Positions 37,402 to 50,526 of a stretch of 64,000 nt of DNA are shown one piece after another. Source of the stretch: an uncultured Nitrososphaerota archaeon (lineage in GTDB: Archaea; Asgardarchaeota; Njordarchaeia; Njordarchaeales; Njordarchaeaceae); the NCBI GenBank assembly GCA_964518475.1, contig CAZFGR010000001.1:224001-288000 (forward strand). The letters are read 5' to 3'. The translations under genes were made by a program, and so were the position numbers. The notes under the pieces are model-generated. The model saw only the letters and a list, made by a program, of their open reading frames with translations, made no database searches and had not been told where the DNA came from. How positions within the stretch are numbered: position 1 is the stretch's first letter; every line of letters starts with the position of its first letter.

Positions 37402-38643
37402 ATGATGCTTTTCCAATATCTCGACTTAGTAATCCTTTTTGTATCCATTGGAATTGTAATTACTCTAATCTACCTATTTATGACCCACGATCTTTTACGC
37501 AAGTACCGAATTTATCTTAAAATTAGATGGCGTATGCTTTATTCCTTCGCAAAACATCTTTACTATGATCTGCTATACCTAGTTAAGCTTACAGAATTAC
37601 TCAAGGTTGTTTTAGCTATTGTTTTGGTGATAGGTTTTATCGGCGTCTTAGTACTTGGTTTTATTGCTTTTTGGAACACATATTTTGTTAAGTATCTTGG
37701 ATTGAAACCTTTGATCCTCCCACTACCCCAACAGCTTTTAAGTAGTAGATTCAATATTTTTTGGATAGCAGGAGCTGCGGGGGGCTCACTTTTGTCTATG
37801 TTTATTAAACCTAAATTAGATAAGTTTGCGGATAAGGTTAGCGCAAAGCCTAAAATGATATACATCTTTGGATCAAACGTTCTCACCGAGAAACTAATTA
37901 AAAGCTTAGTAGATTTGGGCATCGGACCTATGATAGCGCTAATTGCTGAGAAGAAATATTATTGGATAGAAGATTTAGGTAAAACCGTGGACGTATTAAT
38001 TCTAGATTCTCCCGATGAGCTTCGGATGCCTACTCTATATGATAAGATAAAATTTACAAACGCTATCAAAGTTATTAGCTTGGTTGAGGATCCAGAGCTC
38101 AACCAGCATATAATACTTAATGTTAGGCGAAATAATCCAGATGTAGAAATCGTTATTTTATCTAGAAATAGACCTTATATCCTCGATTTGGTAGGCGATC
38201 ATGTCAAAAACATAACTGTGATTGAAGATCTTGAAACCATTACTAGGGAAATTATAAGACGTTTAGCGCTCGGTTTTATATACTCACCAGTTATTGAGGC
38301 ACCTACTCCTAAGGAATATGTTAATAAGAAACCATCTGACATTGAAAAGGATTTCAATGGAAAAGTGGTCGTTCTAGGAGTAAAACGGAATAATGAAATA
38401 ATTCCTTCCCCTGAAACAATAGAACCTAATGACGTCCTCATTATGTACCTTGTAGATCCCGGAGTTCTGAGAGAATTTTTGCAACTATTACCTATAGAAA
38501 AAGCAGAAGCAATAACTCAAACTCAGGAAACACAAATTCGAGAGACACAACTAGAGGCCTCTACCGAGGAATCTAATAAAGATCGAAAAATGGATACCGT
38601 ACTTAAGAAGTTTACAAAACCCTCCGATGAGACACAACAGTAA
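37402..38643 (+). CDS. Membrane protein with RCK (TrkA-N/TrkA-C)-like cytoplasmic domains
   Basis: Three hydrophobic segments, then a Rossmann-like IYIFGS region and VVLGVKRN.EIIP.P...I...DVL. Confidence 0.65.
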   Translation: MMLFQYLDLVILFVSIGIVITLIYLFMTHDLLRKYRIYLKIRWRMLYSFAKHLYYDLLYLVKLTELLKVVLAIVLVIGFIGVLVLGFIAFWNTYFVKYLGLKPLILPLPQQLLSSRFNIFWIAGAAGGSLLSMFIKPKLDKFADKVSAKPKMIYIFGSNVLTEKLIKSLVDLGIGPMIALIAEKKYYWIEDLGKTVDVLILDSPDELRMPTLYDKIKFTNAIKVISLVEDPELNQHIILNVRRNNPDVEIVILSRNRPYILDLVGDHVKNITVIEDLETITREIIRRLALGFIYSPVIEAPTPKEYVNKKPSDIEKDFNGKVVVLGVKRNNEIIPSPETIEPNDVLIMYLVDPGVLREFLQLLPIEKAEAITQTQETQIRETQLEASTEESNKDRKMDTVLKKFTKPSDETQQ

Positions 38644-38666
38644 TGATTTAGGAATGGAGTATAGAA

Positions 38667-38717
38667 TCAGCGAGGGCTCCACTCCTCATTGCTATCGGTC
38701 GACTGTTTACTCATCAT
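38667..38717 (-). ncRNA. Box C/D sRNA
   Basis: ATGATGA-gtaaacagtcga-CCGA-tagca-ATGAGGA-gtggagccctcg-CTGA; the D' guide is complementary to the conserved LSU rRNA motif CGACUGUUUA. Confidence 0.87.
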
Positions 38718-38856
38718 CAAACTGATCTAATCGTCCTAATGCATTATGCCCAATGAGAATATATAACTTACGGTACTCACTAATTATTATTTTGAGTACT
38801 TTCAAATAACCATTAATCCCTAGATAGTTCGAGTAAATTTCGCAAAGGGGTTAGCA

Positions 38857-39765
38857 ATGAGCGAATATTTAAGAGAACCTGCTGTTGCTGGATACTTTTA
38901 TGAAGGAAGAAAAGATAAGCTAATGGAGCAGATTAAGTGGGCCTTTCTTCATCCATTAGGTCCTGGAAGACTTCCGGAGCAATCACCAGGAACCTCTAGA
39001 AATCTTATTGCTGCACAAGTACCTCATGCTGGATACATCTATTCGGGTCCCGCAGCAGCCCATGTCTATTATGCATTACACCAGGATGGAAAACCGGAAA
39101 CATTTATTATACTAGGCCCTAATCACACTGGATTTGGTTCCGCCGTTTCTGTTTATCCAAAAGGTATTTGGAGAACGCCTTTAGGCGATGTGAAAATTGA
39201 TGAGGAATTTTCACGTGAGCTCTTAAAATACGAGCCTTTTGAGGAAGATTTGCTTGCTCATGCTTCAGAGCATAGTATTGAGGTTCAGATTCCATTCATA
39301 CAATTTACCTTTGGAAATGATGTAAAGATAGTCCCGATAACGTTATTAGATCAACGACTAGAAACCGCAAATAAAATTGCTGAGGGAATATTGAAAGCTA
39401 AAGAAGCACTAGATAAAGACATCATTGTCTTAGCTAGCTCCGATATGTCACATTATGAGCCGCATGAAGAAGCTCGTTTAAAGGATCTCCAAGCTATAGA
39501 ATATATTGAAAATCTAGACGTAGAAGGTCTTTACAGATACATCCTCTCAGAAAATGTTACAATGTGTGGCTATGGCCCCGTAATGGTAGCAATGATTATT
39601 GCGAAATACCTTAATGCTACTGGTCTCCTCTTACAATACTATACATCAGGAGACATAACTGGAGACAAACACGCCGTTGTAGGATACGCTTCCATTATAT
39701 TTGGTAGAGGGCTGATAAAACCAAAGCGAAGAACGCTCGAGATAAAAGAGCCCCTTCCTGTATAA
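38857..39765 (+). CDS. MEMO1 family protein (AmmeMemoRadiSam protein B)
   Basis: R.PAVAG.FY, PHAGYIYSG, GPNH, EHSIEVQ and SSDMSHY. Confidence 0.94.
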   Translation: MSEYLREPAVAGYFYEGRKDKLMEQIKWAFLHPLGPGRLPEQSPGTSRNLIAAQVPHAGYIYSGPAAAHVYYALHQDGKPETFIILGPNHTGFGSAVSVYPKGIWRTPLGDVKIDEEFSRELLKYEPFEEDLLAHASEHSIEVQIPFIQFTFGNDVKIVPITLLDQRLETANKIAEGILKAKEALDKDIIVLASSDMSHYEPHEEARLKDLQAIEYIENLDVEGLYRYILSENVTMCGYGPVMVAMIIAKYLNATGLLLQYYTSGDITGDKHAVVGYASIIFGRGLIKPKRRTLEIKEPLPV

Positions 39766-39814
39766 GTGATTATTATAATATCTTAAATCTTAAAACTGAT
39801 AAAGGTTAGTTTTC

Positions 39815-40288
39815 GTGGAGGGGAAATCCCACCCCGTAAAACCCTCGGAGATTACTATCAGAAAGGCCTCTATAGAGGATGTAGAAGAAATTTTCGAGAT
39901 CGAGAAACTTTCTTTTAAACGCCCTTATCCTAAATACTACTTGCAATGGCTCATAGAAGGCCTTGCGGATATTTTTTTAGTTGCAGAAGTAAATGGAAAA
40001 ATCATAGGCTATATTGCGGGTAGAGTGGAGTATGGTAATCTAGGCCATATAGTAACAATCGCTGTTCACCCAAACTGGCGCAGAAAAGGTCTAGGAACTA
40101 TGCTTATGAGAAAGATTCTAAATTACTTTCGCAAGAATAGTTGCAAAAAAGCTTATCTCGAAGTAAGGGTAAGTAATGAACCAGCCATCAAACTATATCA
40201 GAGATTAGGTTTTCGCAAAGTAAGGATTATTAAACATTATTATGAAGATGGAGAAGATGCCTTCTTAATGGCGAAATTCCTGGAATAA
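39815..40288 (+). CDS. rimI: N-terminal acetyltransferase (RimI/Ard1 type)
   Basis: HIVTIAVHP.WRRKGLG, LEVRVSN and YYEDGEDA. Confidence 0.9.
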   Translation: MEGKSHPVKPSEITIRKASIEDVEEIFEIEKLSFKRPYPKYYLQWLIEGLADIFLVAEVNGKIIGYIAGRVEYGNLGHIVTIAVHPNWRRKGLGTMLMRKILNYFRKNSCKKAYLEVRVSNEPAIKLYQRLGFRKVRIIKHYYEDGEDAFLMAKFLE

Positions 40289-40404
40289 TGCAATGTACTC
40301 AATTACATTATTATACTTTTAGCGATTAGTTAAAAGAGTATAACTTAGCTTCAGTATTATTTCTAAGGCATATGTTCTCTAAGATTCATTATTAGTTTAT
40401 GTCG

Positions 40405-40455
40405 ATGATGATAAGGCATTTGTGGGATAATAATGACCGTTGCTCCCGCATCTGA
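40405..40455 (+). ncRNA. Box C/D sRNA
   Basis: ATGATGA-taaggcatttgt-GGGA-taata-ATGACCG-ttgctcccgcat-CTGA; the D' guide is complementary to the LSU motif AAAUGCCUU. Confidence 0.75.
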
Positions 40456-40498
40456 GAGCATTATCTCAATTGCGTAATAAATCAGATGACTATAAAAC

Positions 40499-41764
40499 TC
40501 ACGCGTATCTTAGTATAGCTGCTATTCCTTTAAATGCGTTTAGAAACATCTCTCCTATTTCACCTTCACTTGAAATGAATTCGACCTCAGCTCCAATATT
40601 TTTCGCTTTATTCATCAAATATTCTACAACATCATCACTAATAACTTCTACCTTAGGAGAAGAGCCGTATTTAGAGCACAATTTACTGGCTCTTTCTTCG
40701 ACTTTTTTCCTTTCAAAATCACTGGTTACCAAAACTTCTATCGGATCAATGTCCACTCTTTCACATGAAACTCTAACCACATAACCTCGAAGCTCCTCAT
40801 GAATTATTAATTTCTCTATTTTCCCTTCGTTTAATGCTTTATTAACTTCTTGAAAACCGTAAGCTACAAGCTCCGGGGATGTGGCAGCTAGCCTCATTAA
40901 TTCATCCACAATCTCCTTTTCTCGGATATATTTGCTCTCTTTTATTAATTCTCTTGCTTCATAAAGAGCTTCTCTTAAGCCTTCCTCTCCTAGATATTGC
41001 GTCGTCACTTTTCCTAAGATCTTTTGTCGCAATCTATAGTCTAGATACTCGCTTTCTAGGAAATCTTCTTTGGCGAAACCAGGTCCTCCTATAATTAGTC
41101 CCTTAATGTCTAGGTCAAGAAATACTTTGTTAGCTTCCTCTGCTACCTTCTTTAGAAATTCCTTATAAGCTCCTTCAATTAATCGCTCAAATCTCCTAGC
41201 TGATTGTCCTCCCTTACTATGTTTGGGAGGAACATAACCAGAAATATTTTTGATAACTTCTATCCTTGTACCATCTAATAAACCAATCGTAGCTTCATCA
41301 CGCTCTAGTAATATGATCCCATACTTCTCTCCTTCTTCAAGCATTTCCTTTAATACACTCGTATCAAATCGAGAATCACAGAGATACTTCTTCACACGCA
41401 CTGGTTTGGGAGGAACAATTTCATAATACTCTAATTTACCCTCTTGAGTAATACCAGCATAGATAATCAGTCCTGTCTCTGGTATTTCTTTCCAATATCT
41501 CAACCTACTTTGAATGCTGGATAGCGCAGCTTGCACATTTTTCCTAGTGGTTCTGGACTTTATTCTTGCTGCCGTGGCTAGTTCCTGTCTTATCAATTCT
41601 GTCACTTCACCCATGGGTGTGCCAGGAGGAATTATTAAAGAGACTAATGTAGTGGAGTGCCCATCAATCGCCGTCTTTTTATCAAGTTCCTCTATGAGCC
41701 TTTTTAATTCAAATTTCTGTCTTTTCTCCATATGGTGTTCTTCTTTGCTGCTTTCATTAGCCAT
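40499..41764 (-). CDS. prf1: Peptide chain release factor aRF1
   Basis: xIKS, YLCDSRF, GGQSARRF and GGPG. Confidence 0.96.
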   Translation of the reverse strand: MANESSKEEHHMEKRQKFELKRLIEELDKKTAIDGHSTTLVSLIIPPGTPMGEVTELIRQELATAARIKSRTTRKNVQAALSSIQSRLRYWKEIPETGLIIYAGITQEGKLEYYEIVPPKPVRVKKYLCDSRFDTSVLKEMLEEGEKYGIILLERDEATIGLLDGTRIEVIKNISGYVPPKHSKGGQSARRFERLIEGAYKEFLKKVAEEANKVFLDLDIKGLIIGGPGFAKEDFLESEYLDYRLRQKILGKVTTQYLGEEGLREALYEARELIKESKYIREKEIVDELMRLAATSPELVAYGFQEVNKALNEGKIEKLIIHEELRGYVVRVSCERVDIDPIEVLVTSDFERKKVEERASKLCSKYGSSPKVEVISDDVVEYLMNKAKNIGAEVEFISSEGEIGEMFLNAFKGIAAILRYA

Positions 41765-42017
41765 TTCTAGTCCTCCATAATAGCATTTATCTCATGATAA
41801 AAGTCTTGTCTAGATTTGCGAGCAGATTTAAAATTAAGCATTCAATCGGTGACTTCAATAGCAATTTTCCTTATATTTTCCCGCGACATAAGTCTGAGAG
41901 GAATTTCCCAAATAGCGTTGGAAAGTATTACTTATAAGCGACTATTACTATAAGTTATAATATTGTAAAGTTTTGCTTGCAGATTAATAAGTTAATGTTA
42001 GTTAGTGGTTAGAGTGG

Positions 42018-42620
42018 GTGGAAATTATGACTGATGACAAGAAGAAAAGGAAAGATGATTATTGGGAGGAGGATCCATTCGAACGTTTTCTAAGACGTTT
42101 CTTTGGCTCACGCTCTCCTTTTGAGGAATTCTTCCGTGAATTTAATGATATGCTACGTAGATTCATGAGAGAGATCGAATCTTTTGAATACCCCTTTGAG
42201 AAAGACGTATTCAAAGAGAAGAAGGGACCTATAAAGAGTTACGTATACGGATTCAGCATTACAATCGGCCCCGACGGCGTCCCTAGAATAAAGGAATTTG
42301 GCAATATAAGACCCACAGCTGTTGGTGTAGTGACTCGCGAAGAATGGGAACCACTTTCTACAGTATATTCCGAGGATGATAAAATTAGGGTAATAATAGA
42401 CCTTCCAGGGGCTAAGAAAGAGTCTATAAAAATTAATGCATCAGAGACTGATGTAGAGGTTAAAGCTGAAGCTGGAGACCGAAAATACTATAAGCGAATT
42501 CAACTGCCAGAAGAAGTTATTCCCGAGAGTGCTAAGGCTAGGTACAATAATGGTATCCTAGAAATTACCTTTGAAAAGAAGAAAAAAGGCAAAAAGACTA
42601 CTGAGATCCCAGTAGAATAG
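42018..42620 (+). CDS. hsp20: Small heat-shock protein Hsp20
   Basis: YGFSITIGPDG.P.I.EFGN, ARYNNGILEI and IPVE tail. Confidence 0.95.
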   Translation: MEIMTDDKKKRKDDYWEEDPFERFLRRFFGSRSPFEEFFREFNDMLRRFMREIESFEYPFEKDVFKEKKGPIKSYVYGFSITIGPDGVPRIKEFGNIRPTAVGVVTREEWEPLSTVYSEDDKIRVIIDLPGAKKESIKINASETDVEVKAEAGDRKYYKRIQLPEEVIPESAKARYNNGILEITFEKKKKGKKTTEIPVE

Positions 42621-42836
42621 CGTCAAAAATCATTACTTCAAAGATAATTCCAATAGTCTTTGCTACAAAAAGTTTTCAAGCAAAAATAATTATTCATAGA
42701 ATTTTTGCTTCGACAGCCCTATCTATGCACTTTATCTCTTCTCACTAAAATATTTATGTATAATCACTTGATGTTGGATGTTGAAATAGTTTACACATAT
42801 TTATATTTTAGAAGACTAGAGTTGTGTTTAAACTAA

Positions 42837-45080
<2,244 letters not shown>

Positions 45081-45120
45081 ATCTTACACCGAATTATTCA
45101 CACGCATTATATTACTACTT

Positions 45121-45600
45121 TTAATGTGATTCCTTTCCCTCTCCTTTCCAAATACCCTCATATAATTTTTCACTCCTCGCGCTTATAAAGATTATTTGCG
45201 CTATTCTAGCTCCTTTTTTTAGTTTTATGCCATGGGGATTCATTACGTGGAGTAATCCGATTCCTCGACCTTCATAGCCAGAATCCCAAACCGCTGTGTA
45301 AATAGTAGCACCCATCCTTAATAAGGATGACCTCGGAAGAACTAGCCCTATCGCGTTCGGAGGTATTTTTATCCATTCTCCATAACGTACTAAGTATACT
45401 CCAGACGTCAATAACCATTCGATTCCTTCTAATTTTTCATACCTAGGCATCTCTCTCTGTTCTTCATAGAGCTTTCCTTCGGATCCAAATGCATAGATCT
45501 CCGACACTGTTAGGTCTACTCCATTAGGTTGAACTCTAATTTGTTTAGATGCTACACCTGCAGATATCCATTTAGCCACTTCTTCACCACTCCAAATCAT
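45121..45600 (-). CDS. dUTPase / dCTP deaminase family protein
   Basis: QPNGVDL, PRSSLLRMG, WDSGYEG and RIAQ; start set at the ATG following GGAGTG. Confidence 0.88.
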   Translation of the reverse strand: MIWSGEEVAKWISAGVASKQIRVQPNGVDLTVSEIYAFGSEGKLYEEQREMPRYEKLEGIEWLLTSGVYLVRYGEWIKIPPNAIGLVLPRSSLLRMGATIYTAVWDSGYEGRGIGLLHVMNPHGIKLKKGARIAQIIFISARSEKLYEGIWKGEGKESH

Positions 45601-45924
45601 TTTCACTCCCCTTTTAACAAAAAGTATTCCCGAACTCTCAGTATTCAGTTTTCTAGAATTGATAGAGGATGAATTTGGAATTTTAATATACGGAGCCGAG
45701 ATTTCAAGGGACATATGGTGATTAATCATACTATTCTCAATAAAGTCCGAATACAGCCTAATTCTCTTCACTCATAGGAAAGATCTTTGACAATAATCAA
45801 AATGTCACGCAATATTTTTGAGAAAAATCACTCTACTATAAAGCATCTTTGAATAAATTATAATCCGTTAATGAAGTCTAGGCCTTATGATTAACTATGA
45901 TGTAAGCTTGATAGGGGATCTATC

Positions 45925-46104
45925 ATGGCGAAACCAAAAATAAAGCCTAAGATTATCGAAGCGCTGAAAGAAGGACCTAAGAGTCTAGACGAGATCGTAA
46001 ACTATGTAGGTGCGGAAGCAAGAATTGTTAAAGGAGTATTAACAAAAATGGTCAAGAAAGGAGAGATCGCGGAAGAAGGGGGCAAGTACAAGCTTGTTTC
46101 CTGA
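45925..46104 (+). CDS. Small basic winged-helix DNA-binding protein (59 aa, not in ORF track)
   Basis: Manual translation: MAKPKIKPKIIEALKEGPKSLDEIVNYVGAEARIVKGVLTKMVKKGEIAEEGGKYKLVS; GGGGA ribosome-binding site. Confidence 0.85.
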   Translation: MAKPKIKPKIIEALKEGPKSLDEIVNYVGAEARIVKGVLTKMVKKGEIAEEGGKYKLVS

Positions 46105-46169
46105 ATAGAAGGCTATCATCAATAGCTTATTACTTAACCCTCAAAAGCTTTTTTATCTTTCTATTTTTC

Positions 46170-46577
46170 CTACTCTACGCCTTCCCCTCTTGGTGGTTTT
46201 TCCCCTAATTCCTTAAAAAAATTCTTGAGAATCTGACAGCCCTTCTCTATTTCTTCTTTAGAAAGAAGATCTACATATGGGCAAACTTCATCATCTGGCA
46301 CACACTCGGAGAAAAAACCCATCACGATAGGATATGCTTGACAGCCCAATGGTCTATTATCATAGATCTCGCATAACCCCTCATCTGTAAGAAATACACA
46401 CCTATTATTTACATTCTTCAATCTCCAATATTCTCCGTCATAATATATGCTCTTCTCAATGTTTACGCCAATAATTAAAAGCCTAATCAGATCTCCCATC
46501 GTAAGAATCATCTCAGTATCTAAACAGCACTTGTAACACTTATTTTCAAGACAGTGCTTTCCATCAAGAATACCCAT
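46170..46577 (-). CDS. YkgJ-family cysteine-cluster protein
   Basis: C..CC, CVFL....CEIYD.RP.GC..YP. Confidence 0.9.
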   Translation of the reverse strand: MGILDGKHCLENKCYKCCLDTEMILTMGDLIRLLIIGVNIEKSIYYDGEYWRLKNVNNRCVFLTDEGLCEIYDNRPLGCQAYPIVMGFFSECVPDDEVCPYVDLLSKEEIEKGCQILKNFFKELGEKPPRGEGVE

Positions 46578-46669
46578 AAAGTCGTCCTCAGGCTAATTAA
46601 TTTCAAAAAGCAAATATTTGAAGAGACCCGGATTTTTTGGGACAATATCTACTGAAAAAGGTTTAAGAA

Positions 46670-49573
46670 TTATTGAAAGTTTATTCCGGGCTTTAGGGGG
46701 ATCGCGTATTTTGCCCTCGCAATTCCTCTTTCTAAAGCGTCTTCTTCTCTTAAAATCTCTAAGGGTATTCCGAGAGTTTTTTCAAGAAAGCCTTTTGCTT
46801 CATTAAATAACGCAAGCTCTTCTTCTTGTTCTGGCACGAACGATGGAATAAGCTCCTGATTTTTCATGATTCTCTGCACGAATTCCATGGCATTTTTCAT
46901 TGGAATTTTTTGCAATTGTTCGTTCTCCTTAATTCTCTTAGCAACTTCTCGCAAGTTTAGTCCTAAATTATTCTTCTTCATCTCCAATAGTATCCTAAGT
47001 ATCTCCCGTTTCCATTCAGCAGCGATGATAATTATGCTTTTCTCAGGTTGCTTCTTCATGGTCTTTAGGATTTCTTTCGCATCATCTATTAACCCAATTA
47101 CTGCGTTTTCCAAGACCTCCGCCCGTTCATCTATTTCACTTTCAACTACTTTTGGCCAGTTAGCAATCGATACGAAATAGTCCTTACCCATACGACTCCA
47201 GATTTCCTCTGCTAGATGTGGGATGACAGGAGACAATATGATTATCCAGGGCTCAAGGATGTATCGTACTCCTCCTAAGCCTCTTTTCTCTCCCACCCGT
47301 CTAATGTAATACATAACATCTTTCAGCATTTCGAAGAAAGCTGTTACGATGTAATCCCTTATTCTCATTCTTTCGAGGTATTCTTCAGCTTTTTTTACTC
47401 TCTTGTAAAAGCGCGTTAGTAACCACCTATCAACTATCTTCGCACCAAAGTCATCGGGTATTTCGGCTTTTGCTGCCTCTATGGCTAGTTCAGCGAATCT
47501 TAGTAGCCTATTTTTAACGCTCTCTACTTCTTTTCCTTTCCAATCCAGTATAGTATCAAGATCCGCTGCAAATGCTATATATAATCTAAATAAGTCAGCA
47601 CTATATTGCTTGGCAATATCTCTAAGAAGGATTACATTACCTTTACTCTTGGCCATTTTTTTGCCTTCTCTTATGACTAATTCATTTAATGTGATTGCCC
47701 TTGGCCAATACCGCGGTTCGAAAATCGCTATGTGATGCATGATGAAGAACATTAGATGATTAGATATGTGTGGAATACCAGTATGTCTCTGATCTACTGG
47801 ATACCAATACTCAAACTCTTTTCGCATAGTTTCTAGCAATTCCTTTTTGATCCCCGTTTTTTTAGCTAATTCTTCAGGATCTCCTTTTCCCAGAAAGACA
47901 TAATCGAAAAATTCTGGCACTAATTGATCAGCTGAAATATTGTATCGCCGTAGATAATGTACTATAGTATAGAAAGCCATGTAAATAGTTGAGTCGGAAA
48001 GGCTCTCTATAATCCATTCTGGGTCAAAAGGTAGGCGCGTACCGAGCCCTCTTCGTCTTGCGCATGGCCTTTCATGTAACCAATCAACAGTATCAAAAAA
48101 CATCTTTTTGTACTTCTCTGGGTATATCCACATTTTCTTAAGCCATTTCTTTGTTTGCTCTTTCCACCATTCTTGAGAGTAGTCAATAAACCACTGATCA
48201 CGTATCCTAGCTATTATGATTTTTCCGCCAGCTCTGCATCTAGCTTTTCTAGAAGTTTCATAGAATAACAATGCTTTATGATTCTCCAGTAACCAGTTTT
48301 TGACCTTCTCCTTTGCCTCACTGACTTTTAAGCCAGCAAATTCTCCCGTTTTATCATTTAGCACGCCATTATAATACTGCTCCTTGTAGACTATTTTTGT
48401 TGCTTCCTCCAAACGTTCATCTAATTGAGATTCGATACCCATTCTCTTAACGACTACCTCAGCATGATGGCCATCAATTCCTGGTACATCTATTATCTTT
48501 ATTGGTTCTATTTTACGCAAAACTTCGGGACTAATACCGTATTTTTTAAGTTTCTCGGGGTTCCTCCTCAAATCCATTAAAGCTATGTAGTCATAAGGAG
48601 CATCAGAGGGCTCAGAATATACAAATCCCGTAGCCACGTCTGTGTCTACGAACTCCGCTGGAAGAATTATTAATTCTTTACCAAGAGGATCAATAACCTT
48701 CTCACCAACAAATTCTTCTCCACCTATTTCCTCGAGAACCTCCACTTTATCATATTGATGCTCAAACTTCACTAATGCGTCTTTGGAGATGTATAGGATT
48801 TCACTATTGTATTTTACCTTTACATATTTTCCAGAAGGATTTACCCACATGTTTGTAGCTCCGAAAATAGTCTCAGGTCTTAGCGTTGATGCTAAAATAT
48901 ATCCGTCCTTATACTTGAACTTAATGGCTACGAATTCTACAATGTCCACCGGGTTCACATCAGCATCCGCGATATCATCCTCTCCCTCAGGTTGTTTATG
49001 AAGAAGACAATAAGTGACATAGTGAGAACCTTGTTTGAGTAAGTTTTTCTCTTTCAGCTTAAAGTACTGCCACTCAACGAACTTATTATATATCGGCTCT
49101 CCTGTGTGAAACTTTCGTCTCCAGTCAATGCTATATCCAAGCGCCTTAAAATCTATGTGAATGCGCTCCGCAAAGAATGTAGCTACATTGATGGGATCTG
49201 TAAAGGATTTTAATATTTCCTCGACTTTTTGCGGATCATTCACGTATAAAGACACATAGTGTCTGTACATTCTTATGGCTTCGGGATTCCCTCTTTGGAT
49301 TCTATCAGAAATTGCTGCAATAGGAGTCCCGGTTATGTGAAAAGCCATTGGAAATAAAACATTATATCCTTTTAGTCTCTTGTAACGAGCAACTATATCC
49401 CCGATTGTATAGGTTCTACCATGACCTATGTGAAGAGGCCCGCTAGTATAGGGGTAAGGTACTGTAATGAAGAAGTTCGGTTTTGAAGGATCAGGATCAG
49501 CCTCAAAAACTTTCTCTTTTTCCCATTTTTCTTGCCATTTACGTTCAATTTGTCGTAGTTCGTCTAAGTCCAT
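46670..49573 (-). CDS. leuS: Leucine--tRNA ligase (archaeal type)
   Basis: PYPYTSGPLHIGH, TLRPETIFG, IESLSDSTIYMA and KMAKSKGN. Confidence 0.96.
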   Translation of the reverse strand: MDLDELRQIERKWQEKWEKEKVFEADPDPSKPNFFITVPYPYTSGPLHIGHGRTYTIGDIVARYKRLKGYNVLFPMAFHITGTPIAAISDRIQRGNPEAIRMYRHYVSLYVNDPQKVEEILKSFTDPINVATFFAERIHIDFKALGYSIDWRRKFHTGEPIYNKFVEWQYFKLKEKNLLKQGSHYVTYCLLHKQPEGEDDIADADVNPVDIVEFVAIKFKYKDGYILASTLRPETIFGATNMWVNPSGKYVKVKYNSEILYISKDALVKFEHQYDKVEVLEEIGGEEFVGEKVIDPLGKELIILPAEFVDTDVATGFVYSEPSDAPYDYIALMDLRRNPEKLKKYGISPEVLRKIEPIKIIDVPGIDGHHAEVVVKRMGIESQLDERLEEATKIVYKEQYYNGVLNDKTGEFAGLKVSEAKEKVKNWLLENHKALLFYETSRKARCRAGGKIIIARIRDQWFIDYSQEWWKEQTKKWLKKMWIYPEKYKKMFFDTVDWLHERPCARRRGLGTRLPFDPEWIIESLSDSTIYMAFYTIVHYLRRYNISADQLVPEFFDYVFLGKGDPEELAKKTGIKKELLETMRKEFEYWYPVDQRHTGIPHISNHLMFFIMHHIAIFEPRYWPRAITLNELVIREGKKMAKSKGNVILLRDIAKQYSADLFRLYIAFAADLDTILDWKGKEVESVKNRLLRFAELAIEAAKAEIPDDFGAKIVDRWLLTRFYKRVKKAEEYLERMRIRDYIVTAFFEMLKDVMYYIRRVGEKRGLGGVRYILEPWIIILSPVIPHLAEEIWSRMGKDYFVSIANWPKVVESEIDERAEVLENAVIGLIDDAKEILKTMKKQPEKSIIIIAAEWKREILRILLEMKKNNLGLNLREVAKRIKENEQLQKIPMKNAMEFVQRIMKNQELIPSFVPEQEEELALFNEAKGFLEKTLGIPLEILREEDALERGIARAKYAIPLKPGINFQ

Positions 49574-49765
49574 TAGATCACCAATTACGGCTATTCGAAT
49601 AAAAATAAGTGCTTAGTATAAAGAATTATGGGGAAGCACTTAATAGTTTTTAATTTTTCTTTGCTCTACCAAAAAATCTTAGAGATATTAAGGACTATAT
49701 CGCTTTGATAACTCCACTCAATATTCTAGCTGAATGCTCCTTTCGTTCTTGTAGGGTTTCGTCCT

Positions 49766-50275
49766 ATGGTAGTTAATCATAATGCAAGAGTCATAATCCG
49801 AAAAGCGCATCCAAATGACTTACGCCAGATAGAAGCCCTCGCTAAAAAAGTATTTAGAGACAGTCCAGATGCTTATTGGGCCGTAGTAGGAGCAAAAAGG
49901 GCTCAAAGAACATTCGTTGCGGAGATAAATAATCGTATAATAGGCGTTATTGAGGTCGAAGTAATTAATTTATCAACAGGTAAACACGGCCACATAGGAT
50001 ATATTTTTGTAGATCCAGATTTTCAAAGAAGAGGCATAGGAACAAAACTCCTTATAACTGCTGAAAAATTCTTTCTAGAGAAAAAAGCAAGCAGTGCTTG
50101 GGCTCTCACAACTCCAGAAAATATAGCAGCTCAAAGATTATTCGAAAAAAATGGTTACGAGAAGATTTCACTTGCTTATTTGTATAAAGTATTACCCGAG
50201 AACGACGTCCAAAAACTGCTTAGACGAATGGTTTACTGGGAGGGCGATATAATCTACCATAAAAAACTTTATTAA
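49766..50275 (+). CDS. GNAT-family acetyltransferase
   Basis: VDPDFQRRGIGT and N..A..LFEK.GY. Confidence 0.9.
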   Translation: MVVNHNARVIIRKAHPNDLRQIEALAKKVFRDSPDAYWAVVGAKRAQRTFVAEINNRIIGVIEVEVINLSTGKHGHIGYIFVDPDFQRRGIGTKLLITAEKFFLEKKASSAWALTTPENIAAQRLFEKNGYEKISLAYLYKVLPENDVQKLLRRMVYWEGDIIYHKKLY

Positions 50276-50526
50276 GTGTCGCCAACACAGCCTTGTCATA
50301 GCTGTTCTTTGTTATGAATATAGAATATATTCTCTAAATCTTCATGCAGAGGAGATAGAAATCAATTGAACTGAAATCTATTTCGTTATTAGGTAAGTCC
50401 TTGCAATGTGATTCTAGAGAATCTAAGGATTTAAGAAAAAAGCAATGTACGTTACTTTATTTTTCTTAGTCACGATAATCTTTTTAATAATCACATTGTC
50501 AATATGCTAAACGATCTAAACTACCT

